NCBI GenBank assembly: GCA_964016885.1
Contig: OZ024741.1
Location: forward strand, 57,288,001 to 57,352,000
Source of the DNA: Eledone cirrhosa
Taxonomy: Eukaryota
DNA length: 64,000 nucleotides
Reading direction: 5' to 3'
Shown here one piece after another: positions 51,699 to 64,000 of the stretch. The translations under genes and the position numbers were made by a program. The notes below the pieces were generated by a model, which worked only from the letters and a program-made list of their open reading frames with translations, was not told the origin of the DNA and did no database searches. The number at the start of each line of letters is the position of its first letter. The first letter of the stretch is position 1.

Positions 51699-51949
51699 TG
51701 TGGGTATGGTGTGGCGTGCGGTGGATGGAAGCAGGGGAGTGCTCGACCAGAAGAGTGCTTGGCCGGAAGGATGCTCGACCGGAAGGGCCAGCAGAGGGCC
51801 TCTCTAGTGGTGACCAGCAACGGTGTGGACGCGAGTTTGTGCAGCTCCCGGTGTTAAGCAGTTGGACGCACGTGGAAGAGGAGTAACCTGCAGTGGAGTT
51901 TAGCGGCGCCTATGAAAAGCGGTAAGTGAGATAGCTTTTTCTAACCACA
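51699..51949 (+). repeat. 3' LTR (251 bp)
   Basis: Follows the PPT, ends CCACA, then TSD CATTC. Confidence 0.93.
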
Positions 51950-52375
51950 CATTCCACACTATAACTAATAAAAAAAAAAAACATCTAACAAAGGAAAATC
52001 ACCAGAACATCAAATGAAATGACTTGCAGTATTCATTCCAGTTCTTTTCACTCTGAGTTCACATTTTACCATTTCTCTTTCCTGGGTTGATACATTGATT
52101 GTAGATACAGACATAGCTGAGTGGTTAAGAATATCATTTCACAATCATAAGGTCCTGGGTTTGATCCCACTGCATGGCACCTTAGGTGTCTTTACCATAG
52201 CCTCAGATCAACCTAAACTTTGTGAGTGAAATTAGAAAATCAGAAATTGTGTGAAAGCTCGTCAGAGGGACTGTACCTATAATTCGAAGGTCCAACTTTC
52301 TCCCATTGTGTTATGCTGATTCAACATAAGGGTACACATGTTTGGGAATACTCAACCACTTTAATGTTAATTATT

Positions 52376-52719
52376 GAGGCACATGGCTTAGTGGTTAGAG
52401 CATTGGCCTTGCAATCGAAAGGTTGTGAGTTCAATTCTCAGACCGGGTGATGTGTTGTTTCCTTGAGCAAGACACTTTATTTCACATTGCTCCAGTTTAC
52501 TCAGCTGTAGAAATGAGATGATAGGGACTGGGGTCCATATTATTCCACTGCAAAGTAGTCGTGCAGGTGCCACGGCAAAAAAGCACCCAGCACTCACTGT
52601 AAATGAGGTTGGTGTTAGGAAGGGCATCCAGCTGTAGAAAGCAAGCCAGAATCAGTTCCCATCCCACCCTTGCAAGCAGGGAAAAAGCGGACGTAAAATG
52701 AAATGATGATGATGATGAT
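52376..52719 (+). mobile_element. full-length young SINE, tail A
   Basis: A box TGGCTTAGTGG, B box GTTCAATTC, body, CCCACCCTTGCAAGCAGGG...GGACGTAAAATG(ATG)n. Confidence 0.88.
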
Positions 52720-53474
52720 TGTCATTTGATTGAACAATTGAATGCTCATCATCGATACCAATAGAGGATCCATCATCATTATTATCATCAAATTAAGGGC
52801 TGTGGACTGCATGATAAAATTGGAACTCTTCATCATTAAAAAATCCCATGAGATTAATTTGAAAGACCCAGAATCCCTTGAAGTAAATGGGTTCCATTTG
52901 ACATACCTTTAATTCCTAAAGACAAAGAGAAGACATTCTAATTGTTGAGTTAGAGTAATTAGTTCCATCAAAACTAGCTTAACCCTTTTTTACCATATAT
53001 TTAATGAAAACTTTGAGGATGGTTTCTGAATAGTGTTGAAAATAATTAAAAAAATTTGAGAAATTTAGTAATATAGCAAACTTTCTTATTATTAAGATGG
53101 TGTTTGGAACATAACTTAACAAAGGTTCTTACATAGAATTATGATGGAAGGTGTTTAGATAGATATAAACACTCCAACTCTTCCATTATAATATTCCTAA
53201 TGAAAGAGACTGCCTATGATTTTCAAATCATTTTGAAAATAGTCAGAAAAATAAAGATTTGCAACTAAGTGTCATAAGTCTGGAACTCTACCAATTCTTG
53301 GGTTGTACTTATTTGGCAAGTAGCTTGATTTAAAACTGAAGCAATTACACCATGGGAGAGTCATTTTAGCCACAGTTGTACATGTCTGGCATATGACTTG
53401 ATCTGATATCATGCGTTAAAACTAAAACAATTATAAGAGGGTATTGCAGTTTGTTTGAAGCATTGTGTAAAGTA

Positions 53475-53740
53475 TAGAAAATAGTGTTTTGTTTGTAGTC
53501 TACCATAACATGATTTAGACACTAAGTATTAAACATATAATGATAACAAAGATGTTGGGATGTTACCTTGCAGTTCTTAAAAGCGACAAAAATATACAGC
53601 TCCAAACTAGTTTTTTCTATTAATCTTTTTATGAAGGAATTTTATAAGAACTGCAAGCTAACATCTCAACATCTTTATCATCATATTACTTACTATCCAA
53701 TTCACATTGTGGTAACCTTCAAACAAAACACTATTTTCTA
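53475..53740. repeat. ~265-bp imperfect palindrome inside an ~85-bp tandem array (53333-53945)
   Basis: TAGAAAATAGTGTTTTGTTTG / CAAACAAAACACTATTTTCTA and AAAGATGTTGGGATGTTACCTTGCAGTTCTTA / TAAGAACTGCAAGCTAACATCTCAACATCTTT. Confidence 0.85.
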
Positions 53741-54039
53741 AAGCAATTACACCATGGAAGAGTCATTTTAGTCACAGTTGTACATATCTGACAAGTGACT
53801 TGATTTGAGACCATGTGTGTTGAAACTGAAGCAATTGAACTATGAAAAAATATTTGTCACAGTTATATTTGTCTGGCAAGTGATTTTATCTGAGACTGTG
53901 TTGAAACTAAAATAATTATACCATGAAAAAGTCATTTTAGTCATTAAAAAAACTGTTATATTTACTTTCTATTTATTTCATAGGGCCAGACTGTTTGCCC
54001 CACCTACAACCTGCTCATTAGCAGTTCCATCACATCATG

Positions 54040-54400
54040 CTATTGAATTATGTTAGTGACCATGTCACAAAGATTAGTGATGTTATAAAGGAATTATGAT
54101 AGTTACCCAGTCACAAATATTGTGATGTTATACTGGAATTATGTCAGAGATCTGGTCACAAAGATTGTGATGTTACACTGGAATTATGTCAGAGATCTGA
54201 TCACAAAGATTGTGATATTATAATGAAATTCTGTTTGTGACCATGTGATAAACAATGTGGAATTGTACCAGGTCAGAAATGTGACGTTACAATGGAATTG
54301 CGTCAGGTCATGAGGTTACAATAGGATTGTCTGTGATCAGGTCACAAAAATTGTGACATCACATTGGAATTATGAGAGTGACTCGGTCACAAAAATGCAA
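54040..54400. repeat. 45-bp minisatellite (~8 units) with a TCACAA-N3-TTGTGA palindrome per unit
   Basis: TCACAA at 54065, 54111, 54156, 54201, 54342 and 54387. Confidence 0.88.
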
Positions 54401-55005
54401 TAGTGAATATAACAGTTTTGAGTGTTTTTTATGGTTAAAATAATTCTCCATCAATTTGTCCAATTGAAAAGAAATTCAATATTTTACAGTAAAAAAAGAG
54501 GTTTAGATGCTGTTTTGTACTCACTCCTAACTAAATTATGAATAGAAAAAAATGCTAGATATTTCTATATTTGTGAACTGAGTATTAGGTATCCTGTTGA
54601 ATATACCATGCCTGCTGTATCAAATGATCACAGCCATAGCTCTACAGGTGAAAACTGAACTACTCATACAATATGTTATGTAGTTATCTGCAGCACAAAC
54701 TTGGAATACAAACAAACAGGCAACCACTTATCATTTAGGTGAAATGAAGAATCAAATATATTTGGCTCTCAAGATTGTATAAGTTTTACCAAACTCTCTC
54801 TAGTTCTACAATGCTAAGCTGTTTATTTTGAAAACCTTCCATCACAATTTTATGTAAGAACCATCGTTATTTTCCAAACATCTCAACTTTGTTGTTACCG
54901 AACCATCTGAAAACGCCCCATAATACTAATTTGTTCATTATTAAGTTGGTGTTTGAGCTATAATAAATGTGCTTATATAAAATTATGATAGATTTTTAGA
55001 TAACT

Positions 55006-55211
55006 TTAACCCTTTAGCATTTACATTACTCTATATTTACTATTGTATTTTCACAGTAAAGGTTTTACCTCACATAATATCGAATCTATGAGATTTTGAT
55101 ATTATTTATTTTGAGAACAATATCTTAACATAAGTATGAACTGCCAATTTGAACTGAAAGAGTTGAGAAAATTCTGGCCAGATACAGCGAGTTTAAATGC
55201 TAAAGAGTTAA
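55006..55211 (-). mobile_element. piggyBac-type MITE family A
   Basis: TTAA-CCCTTTAGCATTT ... AAATGCTAAAGAG-TTAA. Confidence 0.85.
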
Positions 55212-55956
55212 AGTGTTGATGTTTATCTAAAAAAAACCTTCCATTACAATTTTATAGGAGATCCTTCAAGTTATGCTCCAAGCACCATCTTTATAACAAG
55301 AAAGTTAGTCATATTACTAAATGCCTCCAAATTCTTGATTATTTCAAAAATTCTTCGGAAATCCTAGGTTGTGTTTTTCATTAGAAATATGGTAATGAAA
55401 TGGTTAAAATTGACTGAGGTGTGGAAGTTATGGCTCACTTGCTGACAGTACCAAATTTATATATGGGTTAAGTGGGTGCAACCCAAGTTATCAGTTCAGG
55501 GAGCACCCAAATGTTATCTTGCCATGGGTCGTATCCAGGATGTGAAGGGCCATCTCATTTTAAATATATACAAAAATAAAGCTATGAAACAACATTTTTG
55601 TCAAAATTTAGAATATTATAATTTCTATTAAATATATTTCTTTTTCTTTGTGAGTTACGTATGTTTTAGGTGTTGGTATGAATCAATGGTGGAATCACAG
55701 CATCATTCTATGTTTACTTTTAATTTCCATTAAGTTTCTTGTGAGCAGATGCTGGTGGCACCAAATGTTCTCTAACCCTGGGCTCCTACTTGCTTTAGCC
55801 CTTTAGCATTTAAACCAGCTGTATCTGACCAGAATTCTCTCGCCTCTTTCTATTCAAACCGGCCATAACTAGCCACTCATAGTGATGTTAAGGTATGTTC
55901 TCAAAATAAATAATATCAAAATCTCATAGATCTGATATTATGTGAGAAAATATAAT

Positions 55957-58027
55957 GATTTCTTTATTGGCCACAAGGGCTGACATCAAGAAAAACATTA
56001 CAGACGGTACAGGACGGTACAGGACGGTACGATGTGGGTTTTGTGTGTGTAAATATTTTTATTATTTATATAAGAAAAGAAAAAAAAAGGACATAGAAAC
56101 ATATATATATATAAACAATAAAAATGAAAATTGAAACAATGAAAAATTCCCCAATAGGGGGGAAACCTCCAAGGGTTACTCGTGGCGAAAACCACACAAA
56201 AGACCACGGCCACCCTGACCACCAGGGCAAGCGGCCTCTCTCCTCCGAGAATGTCGTCACTCTTCCCCTCCACTAGTCCTCTATAGAACGCCGAGGTGGA
56301 TGTTCCACCGATACTGGTGCCCAGCTGGCAGAGGGCAGTGAGCGCCTGGAGACATTCCAGTTTCCAAGCGCTATCCCTCGGTCTTTTTCTGACCCAGGAC
56401 TGCAGCTCCGTCAAGGAGACGAGCTGTGCCTGGCGAACGGCGACCACACCCGTTCACCATCAAGGAAGCACCAGAGATGTCGCAGCCTCAGCGCATGTTT
56501 GCGCATCATCAGTCATGGCATGCCCAGTCCTCCACGCAACGGGTGTTGACAGCAGATGGATCGTCTGACCATGGGAGGGCGTCCCTTCCACAAAAAGCGG
56601 AAGAGGAGGCGCTCCATTTTGGTGAGGGTTGGCCCGGGGCAAGGGACGATGGTGAGGTGGTAGCAGATGACGGATGCGATGTACGCATTCGCCACCTCCG
56701 CCCGGCCTTTCAGGGACAGCTTCCTCTCGGCCCATTTCTGGGTGAGGGAGGTCACCCTGCTCGTCACCTCATTCCAGTTTTTCTCCATCTGGAGGTCCGG
56801 TCCGAACCAGACCCCGAGCAATTTAACCGGTCCATCCGTCCAACGCCCCACGACGCTGTCGGACGGCATGGACTTGCCTCTCCAGGTGCCGAGCTGCAAG
56901 CCCACCGAATTTTCCTGGTTTATCTTTGCTCCTGTCACCGCTTCATATTCCTTGAGAGCGGTGCCGAGCATCTGGACGTGTCTGGTGCTCGACACCGTTG
57001 ATCAGGGCCCCACCCGTGCCAGGTTCCTTAACCACCCTCTCTATGATGTATCGCATGAGGTGGAGGTTGTCGTGTATGGATCTGTCCGGAATGGCGCATG
57101 TCTGCGCCTCTCCCACCAGACCCTTGACGACAAGCGCCAACGTCGTTGCTAACACTTTCGCCAAAATCTTGAACTCTGCGTTTAGCAGGGTTATGGGCCT
57201 GAAATTATCGATAACATCCCCCTTGTTCAGGTCTTTTCTCAGCAGCGCCTCTACTCCCCGGCTCACAAAACTGGGAATGCTCCCATTCTGCTGCCAGTTG
57301 CAGTAGACGTCTGCCAAGAGGTCACCGAACAAGTCTGGCATAAATGCATAAAGCTCGTAGGGCAGACCATCTAAACCTGGCGATTTACCCCTTGTGCAGT
57401 TAGCCATCACTTCCCGTATTTCACCGGCTGTTATTGGCTTTTCGCAGCACTGTGCTGCGGTCGTCGAGAGCCGAGGCAGTCCGTCGAGGTATGCACTGAA
57501 GTCCATGCCCCGATCCGGGCCGCCGCTGCTCCCGAACAGTTCAGCAAAGTGCTGCTGAAAAGCTTCAGACATCCGCTCGGGTTCGAGCATCATGCACCCG
57601 TTTTGGTCAGACAAAGACCGAATTGTGGCTTTGTTGCCACATCGCACCTCTGCCACCCGGGCCCATTGGACAGCTTTTGTCCCCTCGTGTTTCAGAGCAC
57701 GCGCTCTAGCTCTGACAACGCAGCCTTCGTGTTTTGCATTGAAGAATTGGTCGAGTGCCAATCTCGCCGCAAGCACGTCGGTTGCGATGCCTGTCCTAAA
57801 CGCCTCTTCTAGCTTTCTGACTAGCTCTCCCTCTACTCTATTTTCCTCTATTGCTACTCCTTTGCTAAACCTAATTGACTCTACTTTAATTGCCCTTTTC
57901 AGGGCGAACCACCACCTGTTGTTGACGACCGCTCCCGTCAACGCCCGCTTAACTAATACGCTAATCCGGTCTCTGTAGGCCTTGCGTGCCGGGAAAGACG
58001 CGTTCAGCTTCCAGTAACCAGGCCCTT
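55957..58027 (-). mobile_element. 5'-truncated, internally deleted Tx1/L1-like LINE inserted in a family A MITE (55795-58070)
   Basis: PGYWKLN, KSPGLDGLPYE, NFRPITLLNAEFKILAK, GAKIN, LSLKGRA, GGLGMP; 7-bp TSD ATATAAT (55950-55956 / 58028-58034). Confidence 0.92.
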
Positions 58028-60214
58028 ATATAATAGTATATAGAGAGTAATGTAAATGCTAAAGGGTTAATCCAACTATGTCTTTGAGTTTTAGAGGTAA
58101 CCATAGATCAATACTGGAATCTCAGCTACATTCTATGACAGCCTACATAATGATGATGATGATGGTGGTGGTAATGGTGATGGTGATGATGATGATGATG
58201 ATGATGATGATGCCACTGCCAACGATGATGAAATAGTTAAATGAAGATTATAGAAAGGGAATTTATGAATACAGAACTATTTTGTTGTTTGATTAGCATA
58301 ATATCAGAGAATGTCTGCTGAAAAACACACTGACCCTATGTTGGATAACTGATAACCTAGTAGCTCATCTTGACATTGTTTGAGCATCATCAAGATTTTC
58401 AAACTGATAGAAATGAATTGTTTGATAACTGTTGTGAATGTCAGAGCTGAGTAGTGCTGAGTTGAGCTGTTAGATAACTGGAACAAAGTCATTGATTTAA
58501 CATCTTATACTACATGAAACATAGGCGGCGAATTGGCAGTCATTAGAATGTCAGATAGAATGCTTTGTGATATTAATTCCGGTTCTCTGCTCTCTGAGTT
58601 CAAATCCCACCAAGGTCAATTTTGCGTTTCATCCTTTCAAGGTTGATAAAAAATACCAGTCTAGTACTGGGGTCGATTCTTCCTCTATATCTCTTTCTCA
58701 CTTCCATTCTCTCATTCTCTATCTGTCTCTGGAAGAAAATTTGCTGTGTTGGGTTCACCAGGCTTTAAAATGCCCAAGAAACACTGTATATGAATACAGT
58801 TCCCCTATGATTCCATCAGGAGTTACAGGTCACCATATCACCACCACTACATGATACCAGATGATGTGTTAGATGTGTGTAATATTTTCCTTTCCCTCCT
58901 CTCATCTTTCTATCATCTATTCCTACCTTATTTTCTCATCAGCAAGCAAGACATTCTTGAAAAGTATAAAATACCACTATGATCATGTCATATTATAAAT
59001 TAAAGTCTCTATTCTTATACTACAATTTCTCAGAATGATCTGTGCACTAGTAAAGATTCTATATTTGAATTAACAAACCATATGAAACCACATTCTTGAA
59101 AAGCACAAAACACCATGTCATTAAAAATTAAAGTATTTAGTTTAATACTGCAAATTTTCACCATAGTCTGTCCACTACTACAGATACTATAAATATTTGA
59201 ATTATAAACATTTGACAAACGCATTTAAAAGTATTTTCTACTAAATCTGTACAGGATGTGAAGAGTTAAATAAAATTGTGGTTAACTGCAATGTTAGTCA
59301 GTTAACCTAAACATCCTGTAGCAGAATATATCTAAAAAAATGTCTTACTTCAAATGTTTATAGTATCTTTACTAGAGTACAGATTGTTGTCATCATTTGC
59401 AGTATTGGAGTAAAGACTTTATTTTTTATGGGATGCTCTCATAATGGGTTTTTAAATACTTTTTAAGAATGTCTTGCTGTGGTACAGAATGTTAAATGTT
59501 TAACAGTACAGAATAAAAGCCAGTCCCATATTGACCAATTCCTTGTAAGTGGAATTTGGTAGACAGAAGCTATTCTTTTACTGGTTTCAGTCATTAAACT
59601 ATGGCCATGCTGGGGCACTGCTATAATTGATCAATCATATCAACTCCATAACTTATTACTCATCAGTGAAACAGACTGAGGCCTATCTCATGATTATATC
59701 TAATGTCTGTAATCATTCATTTCTAAATGTTCCTTGCCATTATTATATGTAATTAATATTTCAATAATCTTATTTAAGGAATCTGATAGAAGCAAGATTC
59801 TTTAGAAATCTGAAGAATATGAATTAAATACGGTATTTCTATGATGTTTGCTAGTTTTCTTACATAAAGAGCTATCATTAACAAAAGTGAAGCAATTACT
59901 CTCCATATTTGAAAGAACATTTTTTTCCTTGTTGAATAAATTATACTGACTTTTTTATTGACACAATATTGCAATAATATTTTTATTTTAGTGCTGGTGG
60001 CTATGATAAAATGCATCTAGTACACTCTGTAAAGTGATAGTGTTGGCGCCATAATAAATGCACCCAGTACATCTGGGTGATGGTGGTGGTGATGATTGAG
60101 TGATGATAGCAATGATGTTTGTGCTGGCGGCAGCCGTAATGGCAGTGGTGATGTTGATTTTGGAGCATATACAACAAATTCAGATACTGGAATAAATTTC
60201 CATTGAATTTGTTA

Positions 60215-60979
60215 TCTATATATAATATAAAAAAGAGATGTTGGCTGGTTGGTGTCTTCGTATATCACACAAAAACGAAAACTGACAATTGAAAAGTAAG
60301 TACACCAAAAAATAAAAACTGACAATCGAAAAGTAATATTTATTGATACTAATTTTATAACATCAAAGAAGAAGAAAAACAGCTGTTAATTATCCCGCAG
60401 AGTTCCTTAATAGTCTGGAACTTCTAGACTTCCTCCACACAAATTGATGCTAAAGATTGGAACTCCTATCATCCTTTTGAAAAACTTGGATTCACCACTT
60501 CTAAGCAATCGCACACTTAACAGTCAGGCGGATGATGAACCATCTAGAGGAGACAATCATCAAGGGGAAAAAGCCTTTATTTTCAAGATTCCTCTTATCC
60601 CTTACTCTGCCGAGCTGCCGTTCAAATTCAGTTCCCTGTTAGAGTCAGTTTTGCTATGACCATAAATAAAGCTCAGGGTCAGAGTCTCAAAGTTGTAGAA
60701 TTGAAGATGAGAGAATTAGTTTTTAACAATGGAGAGTTATATGTAAGTTGTTCACGTGTGGGAACACCTAGAAATCTTCATATACTATTCATGAACAGTA
60801 AAACGAATAATCTGGTGTATCTGGAAGTGTTTTTTTGTTTTGCCTTTGTCACACACACACACACACATACCACGGTCTTGTCTCATACTATAAACCAGAC
60901 AATCCATCCAATAGTCTTTTTCTCTTCCAGTCTTCTCTTATCATCTGTTTACCTGAGCAAAGCCAGATACCTCAGTTAG
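60215..60979 (+). mobile_element. non-autonomous Helitron with Pif1 helicase C-terminal relic
   Basis: A|TC 5' end; EFLNSLE, LKIGTPIILLKNL, FAMTINKAQGQSLK, LYVSCSRVG; degenerate 3' hairpin + TTAG|T. Confidence 0.8.
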
Positions 60980-61029
60980 TATAAATATATATACACACAC
61001 ACACATAAATACACTTATATGTTTATATA

Positions 61030-61121
61030 TTTTGTTTTTGTATTTGTTTTGCAAAATTCTTTAAGTGAAATTGTGTGTTGAACAGATATTGTTATACTTT
61101 GGGAAGGTTATGTTGCCAATA
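61030..61121 (+). repeat. diverged copy of the outer end of the 321-860 element
   Basis: GATATTGTTATACTTTGGGAAGGTTATGTTGCCAAT and upstream bases match the reverse complement of ~768-860. Confidence 0.8.
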
Positions 61122-61470
61122 TCTGAAGAATTGCTGAATACAAACATAATGCAAATGAATGAATAGAAAAGATATTCCTATGAAGCACTTGTAGATGATT
61201 ATGTAATTGGTAATGAAACACATGTTAGATTATCTAATCAAATAAATCTCTCTTCAAATTCCTCCTCATTCCTTGCCTAATTTTCTTAACACAATATTTT
61301 ACACTAAATCTGGAAAATGATATTACATAACTCCATTAACCATGTTGATAAAAAATATCTGTAAGCTGTTTTTTCTCTATTATTTACATAATCATTCCAC
61401 ACAAATACAATTTTACCAACATAAAGTCAAAACTCCCTTATCTTCTCATAATATATATATATCATCACCT

Positions 61471-61635
61471 TCATCATTTTACGTCCGCTTTTCCCTGCTT
61501 GCAAGGGTGGGGCGGGTCCTATTCAGCACAGCATCTCTCCACTTGCCACGGTCTTTTGTCATCTCCACCGTGAGCTTCAGCGATCTGAGGTCTGCTCTCA
61601 CCACCTCCGCCCATGTTTTTCATGGTCTTCCTCTA
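61471..61635 (-). mobile_element. 3' end of a second RTE family; donor of SINE tail A
   Basis: Minus strand RGRP*KTWAEVVRADL...WRDAVLNRTRPTLASREKRT*; ends CCCACCCTTGCAAGCAGGGAAAAGCGGACGTAAAATGATGA. Confidence 0.85.
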
Positions 61636-61802
61636 CATACAAGTACATATATCTTAAGATTTATCAAAGGAGGTGTTTGGATGATTTGAAATTTGAAACA
61701 TTGGGATCCAAATACAGAATCACTATAAATAATAATAGCTTTAGAAAATCAGGTAAAATATCCTTAAGGACAAAATAGTGGTCATGTTTGGATTCCAATG
61801 TT

Positions 61803-61847
<45 letters not shown>

Positions 61848-62230
61848 GATAGAGAAAGAGGGCGGAGACAGATATACAACACCTCTGACAGAAAATGCTG
61901 ATTTCTGATATGAATGAAAACATTTTTGAACGTTTGTGCCCCACTCATCTTTTTGGTCTTACATTTGTGTTTCATAAATTCTAAATAAAAATTGTAGAAA
62001 GTTTTCAACAAATTGTAATATTCATGCTACAGGCGGGCAAAAAGTCTGTACAATAATTACAATATAGACTAATGGAGCAGTACCATCAATAATGATGGCA
62101 ATAGTATTGAATATATTTAATTAGAGGGGTCCAGGATTGGTATGCCATATACACTAGGATTATTAGATTTATGAAGAATCTTTAACCGTTAAGATGTGTT
62201 ATTGGTAGTAGCGCCACGAGTGACCAGTTC

Positions 62231-62629
62231 TGTAGAAAGATGTGGTAAGAACATCGGCAACGACTTTGGCTTGTTTTACATTATTTATTAACAAGGTTGA
62301 GCTATGTAGAGCTGAGTAGAGCAGGCTTGCCAAGAGTTATAAAACAAACGAATTAAGGATTTCAGAAGGCACGGTCCACTGGCTGAAGTGTTGCCAGGCC
62401 ATGGTTAAGTTGTTGTGTTACATGTTGGCTAGTGATTTCACGACGAAAGAAAGTTAGTTGTTTACCTTTTCACAGTCAGGATGTGAGAGACAGATTTCTC
62501 AAATCAACGCGGGAATTTTTCCCTCAGGGCGCGTAGAGATACATTCTCTTCTACTGGTGCTGATTGGCTGAGCTGAGCCAAATCACGCACAGAGAATGTA
62601 TGTGAGCCCGCGGAATGTAGGTCACTACA
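62231..62629 (-). mobile_element. probable isolated LTR (399 bp)
   Basis: TGTAG...CTACA termini, CpG-rich island. Minus strand has CCAAT, TATAA and AATAAA in order, then TGGTCACTCG (PBS-like). No TSD. Confidence 0.5.
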
Positions 62630-63668
62630 AATCATACAAACTAGGAAATTTGTATTTTTATGAATAAATGCTTTATATAAAAGAAACTACTATTTATGCT
62701 GATTACTGACATGTATAAGTGATTAGGGTTAGGGTGGACATATATTGATGCCCTAAGGACAGACACTGGTCTCTGGGAAATGCAGGACAAGGCAGCAATA
62801 ATGAAGGACAGAGACTGCTGGAGAGAACTCCTCCATGGATCTCAAGAATTTTACCCGCCCTAGATAGATAGAAGTGATTAAAGGTGAGAATAAATAAAAA
62901 TTTTAATAATATATTTCTAGGATATAATTACATAAATATTCAGCATATGTCTAGATGACATACACAATTAAATACATGAGTAACTTTGGAGAAATAGCTA
63001 TTTACAGTGACAAATGTAGGGTTAGAACCTACAAAGTTGTGATTGGAAAATTAACTTCTTATTGTAGCAAAAGGATGCGTGCATGCATGTATTTGAGTGA
63101 GTAAATTTTAAAGAATTACAGACAGAAGTATGTATTTAAATAAACATACAAACACACCTGGCTTATTATTATGGGCAGATTTTTAAAAGTGATAAATTTT
63201 GTTATGAAAAACCTGACAATTGATGTATTAAATTAATATTTTGTTGCTATTTCTATTAATGGACTTCCTAATTCTCTTGGAAAATATATACTATACATAT
63301 ATATGTAACTTTTTTGAGAATTCATTTTACGCTAATTGAGTTTGGCTCCCAGCCTTCTAAAATGGTTCCTCATATTGATTTTGAAGAAGAAATATCTTAA
63401 ATTATGGTATCCATTCTATTTATTCATTCAGCTATGTGTAGCTTATTTAAAATGATTTGGCAAAGCAAACTTCCCAAAACGAAAGGAAAAATTATGTCAA
63501 AAATAGCATATATCATTATCATCATCTTCATCATTTAACAGACATTTTTCCACACACACACACACACTCTAGCATATATATACAAAGAGTCAAGAGGACT
63601 CTTCAGTTGTATCAAGAACACAACATTCTTATAGACAGACAGATATATACACACACAAATATATATAT

Positions 63669-63981
63669 ACATGGCTTAGTGGTTAGAGCATTGGCCTTGC
63701 AATCGAAAGGTTGTGAGTTCAATTCTCAGCCCGGGTGATGTGTTGTTTCCTTGAGCAAGACACTTTATTTTACATTGCTCCAGTTTACTCAGCTATAGAA
63801 ATGAGATGATAGGGACTGCAAAGTGGTCGTGGAGGTGCTACGGCAAAAAAGCACCCAGCACTCACTGTAAATGAGGTTGGTGTTAGGAAGGGCATCCAGC
63901 TGTAGAAATCAAGCCAGAATCAGTTCCTGTCCCACCCTTGCAAGCAGGGAAAAAGCGGACGTAAAATGAAATGATGATGAT
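63669..63981 (+). mobile_element. young SINE, tail A
   Basis: Near-identical to 52376-52719 with a ~20-bp internal deletion. Confidence 0.88.
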
Positions 63982-64000
63982 ATATATATGTATATATATA

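Larger units (their letters stand above)
47864..51949 (+). mobile_element. compact (4086-bp) Gypsy-like LTR retrotransposon, gag-PR-RT-RH-IN, coding region disrupted
   Basis: TGTGG...CCACA LTRs, 5-bp TSD CATTC both sides, PPT GAGATCAGGGGGGCG. Motifs: CYRCKRPGHIATNC, ALVDTGC, DLKSAYLQ, YIDD, WCDASS/AELDA/TDS, AVD..LLDN..GIVER. Confidence 0.95.

Noticed and set aside
52376-52450. tRNA genes at A/B-box sequences
   Set aside because: They are SINE heads fused to repeat bodies; no full cloverleaf.
54040-54400. Palindromic repeat arrays (also 18611-18783) as CRISPR
   Set aside because: Whole units repeat with no unique spacers, there are no cas genes, and the context is eukaryotic. The 45-bp array is open for only ~45 codons, so it is not called coding either.

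Overview
AT-rich eukaryotic DNA packed with repeats. The SINE, LINE and microsatellite complement looks like a coleoid cephalopod, probably Octopus (inferred from repeat families, not proven). One spliced + strand gene is supported by four coding exons (19568-20193, a 33-nt microexon 21481-21513, 34356-34565, 40968-41151). All junctions are GT-AG and phase 2, giving a ~350-aa orphan protein with seven copies of a ~22-aa 'R..PEA..Y...N.G.M..L' motif. The rest is mostly mobile DNA: a 4.1-kb Gypsy-like LTR element, two inverted RTE LINE copies with a PHD-like finger, Tx1/L1, CRE-like, mariner and Helitron relics, piggyBac/hAT/pogo/Tc1 MITEs, several SINE families and minisatellites. Four observations stand out. 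(1) The LTR element lacks a normal PBS and instead carries 12 nt complementary to the 5' end of tRNA-Phe, hinting at priming by a 5' tRNA fragment. (2) A ~480-bp palindrome carries a minimal hammerhead ribozyme in each arm (Penelope-like). (3) The repeat protein is of unknown family. (4) A SINE 3'-tail swap is visible alongside its donor LINE. Coordinates were read by eye, and boundaries of degraded repeats are approximate.
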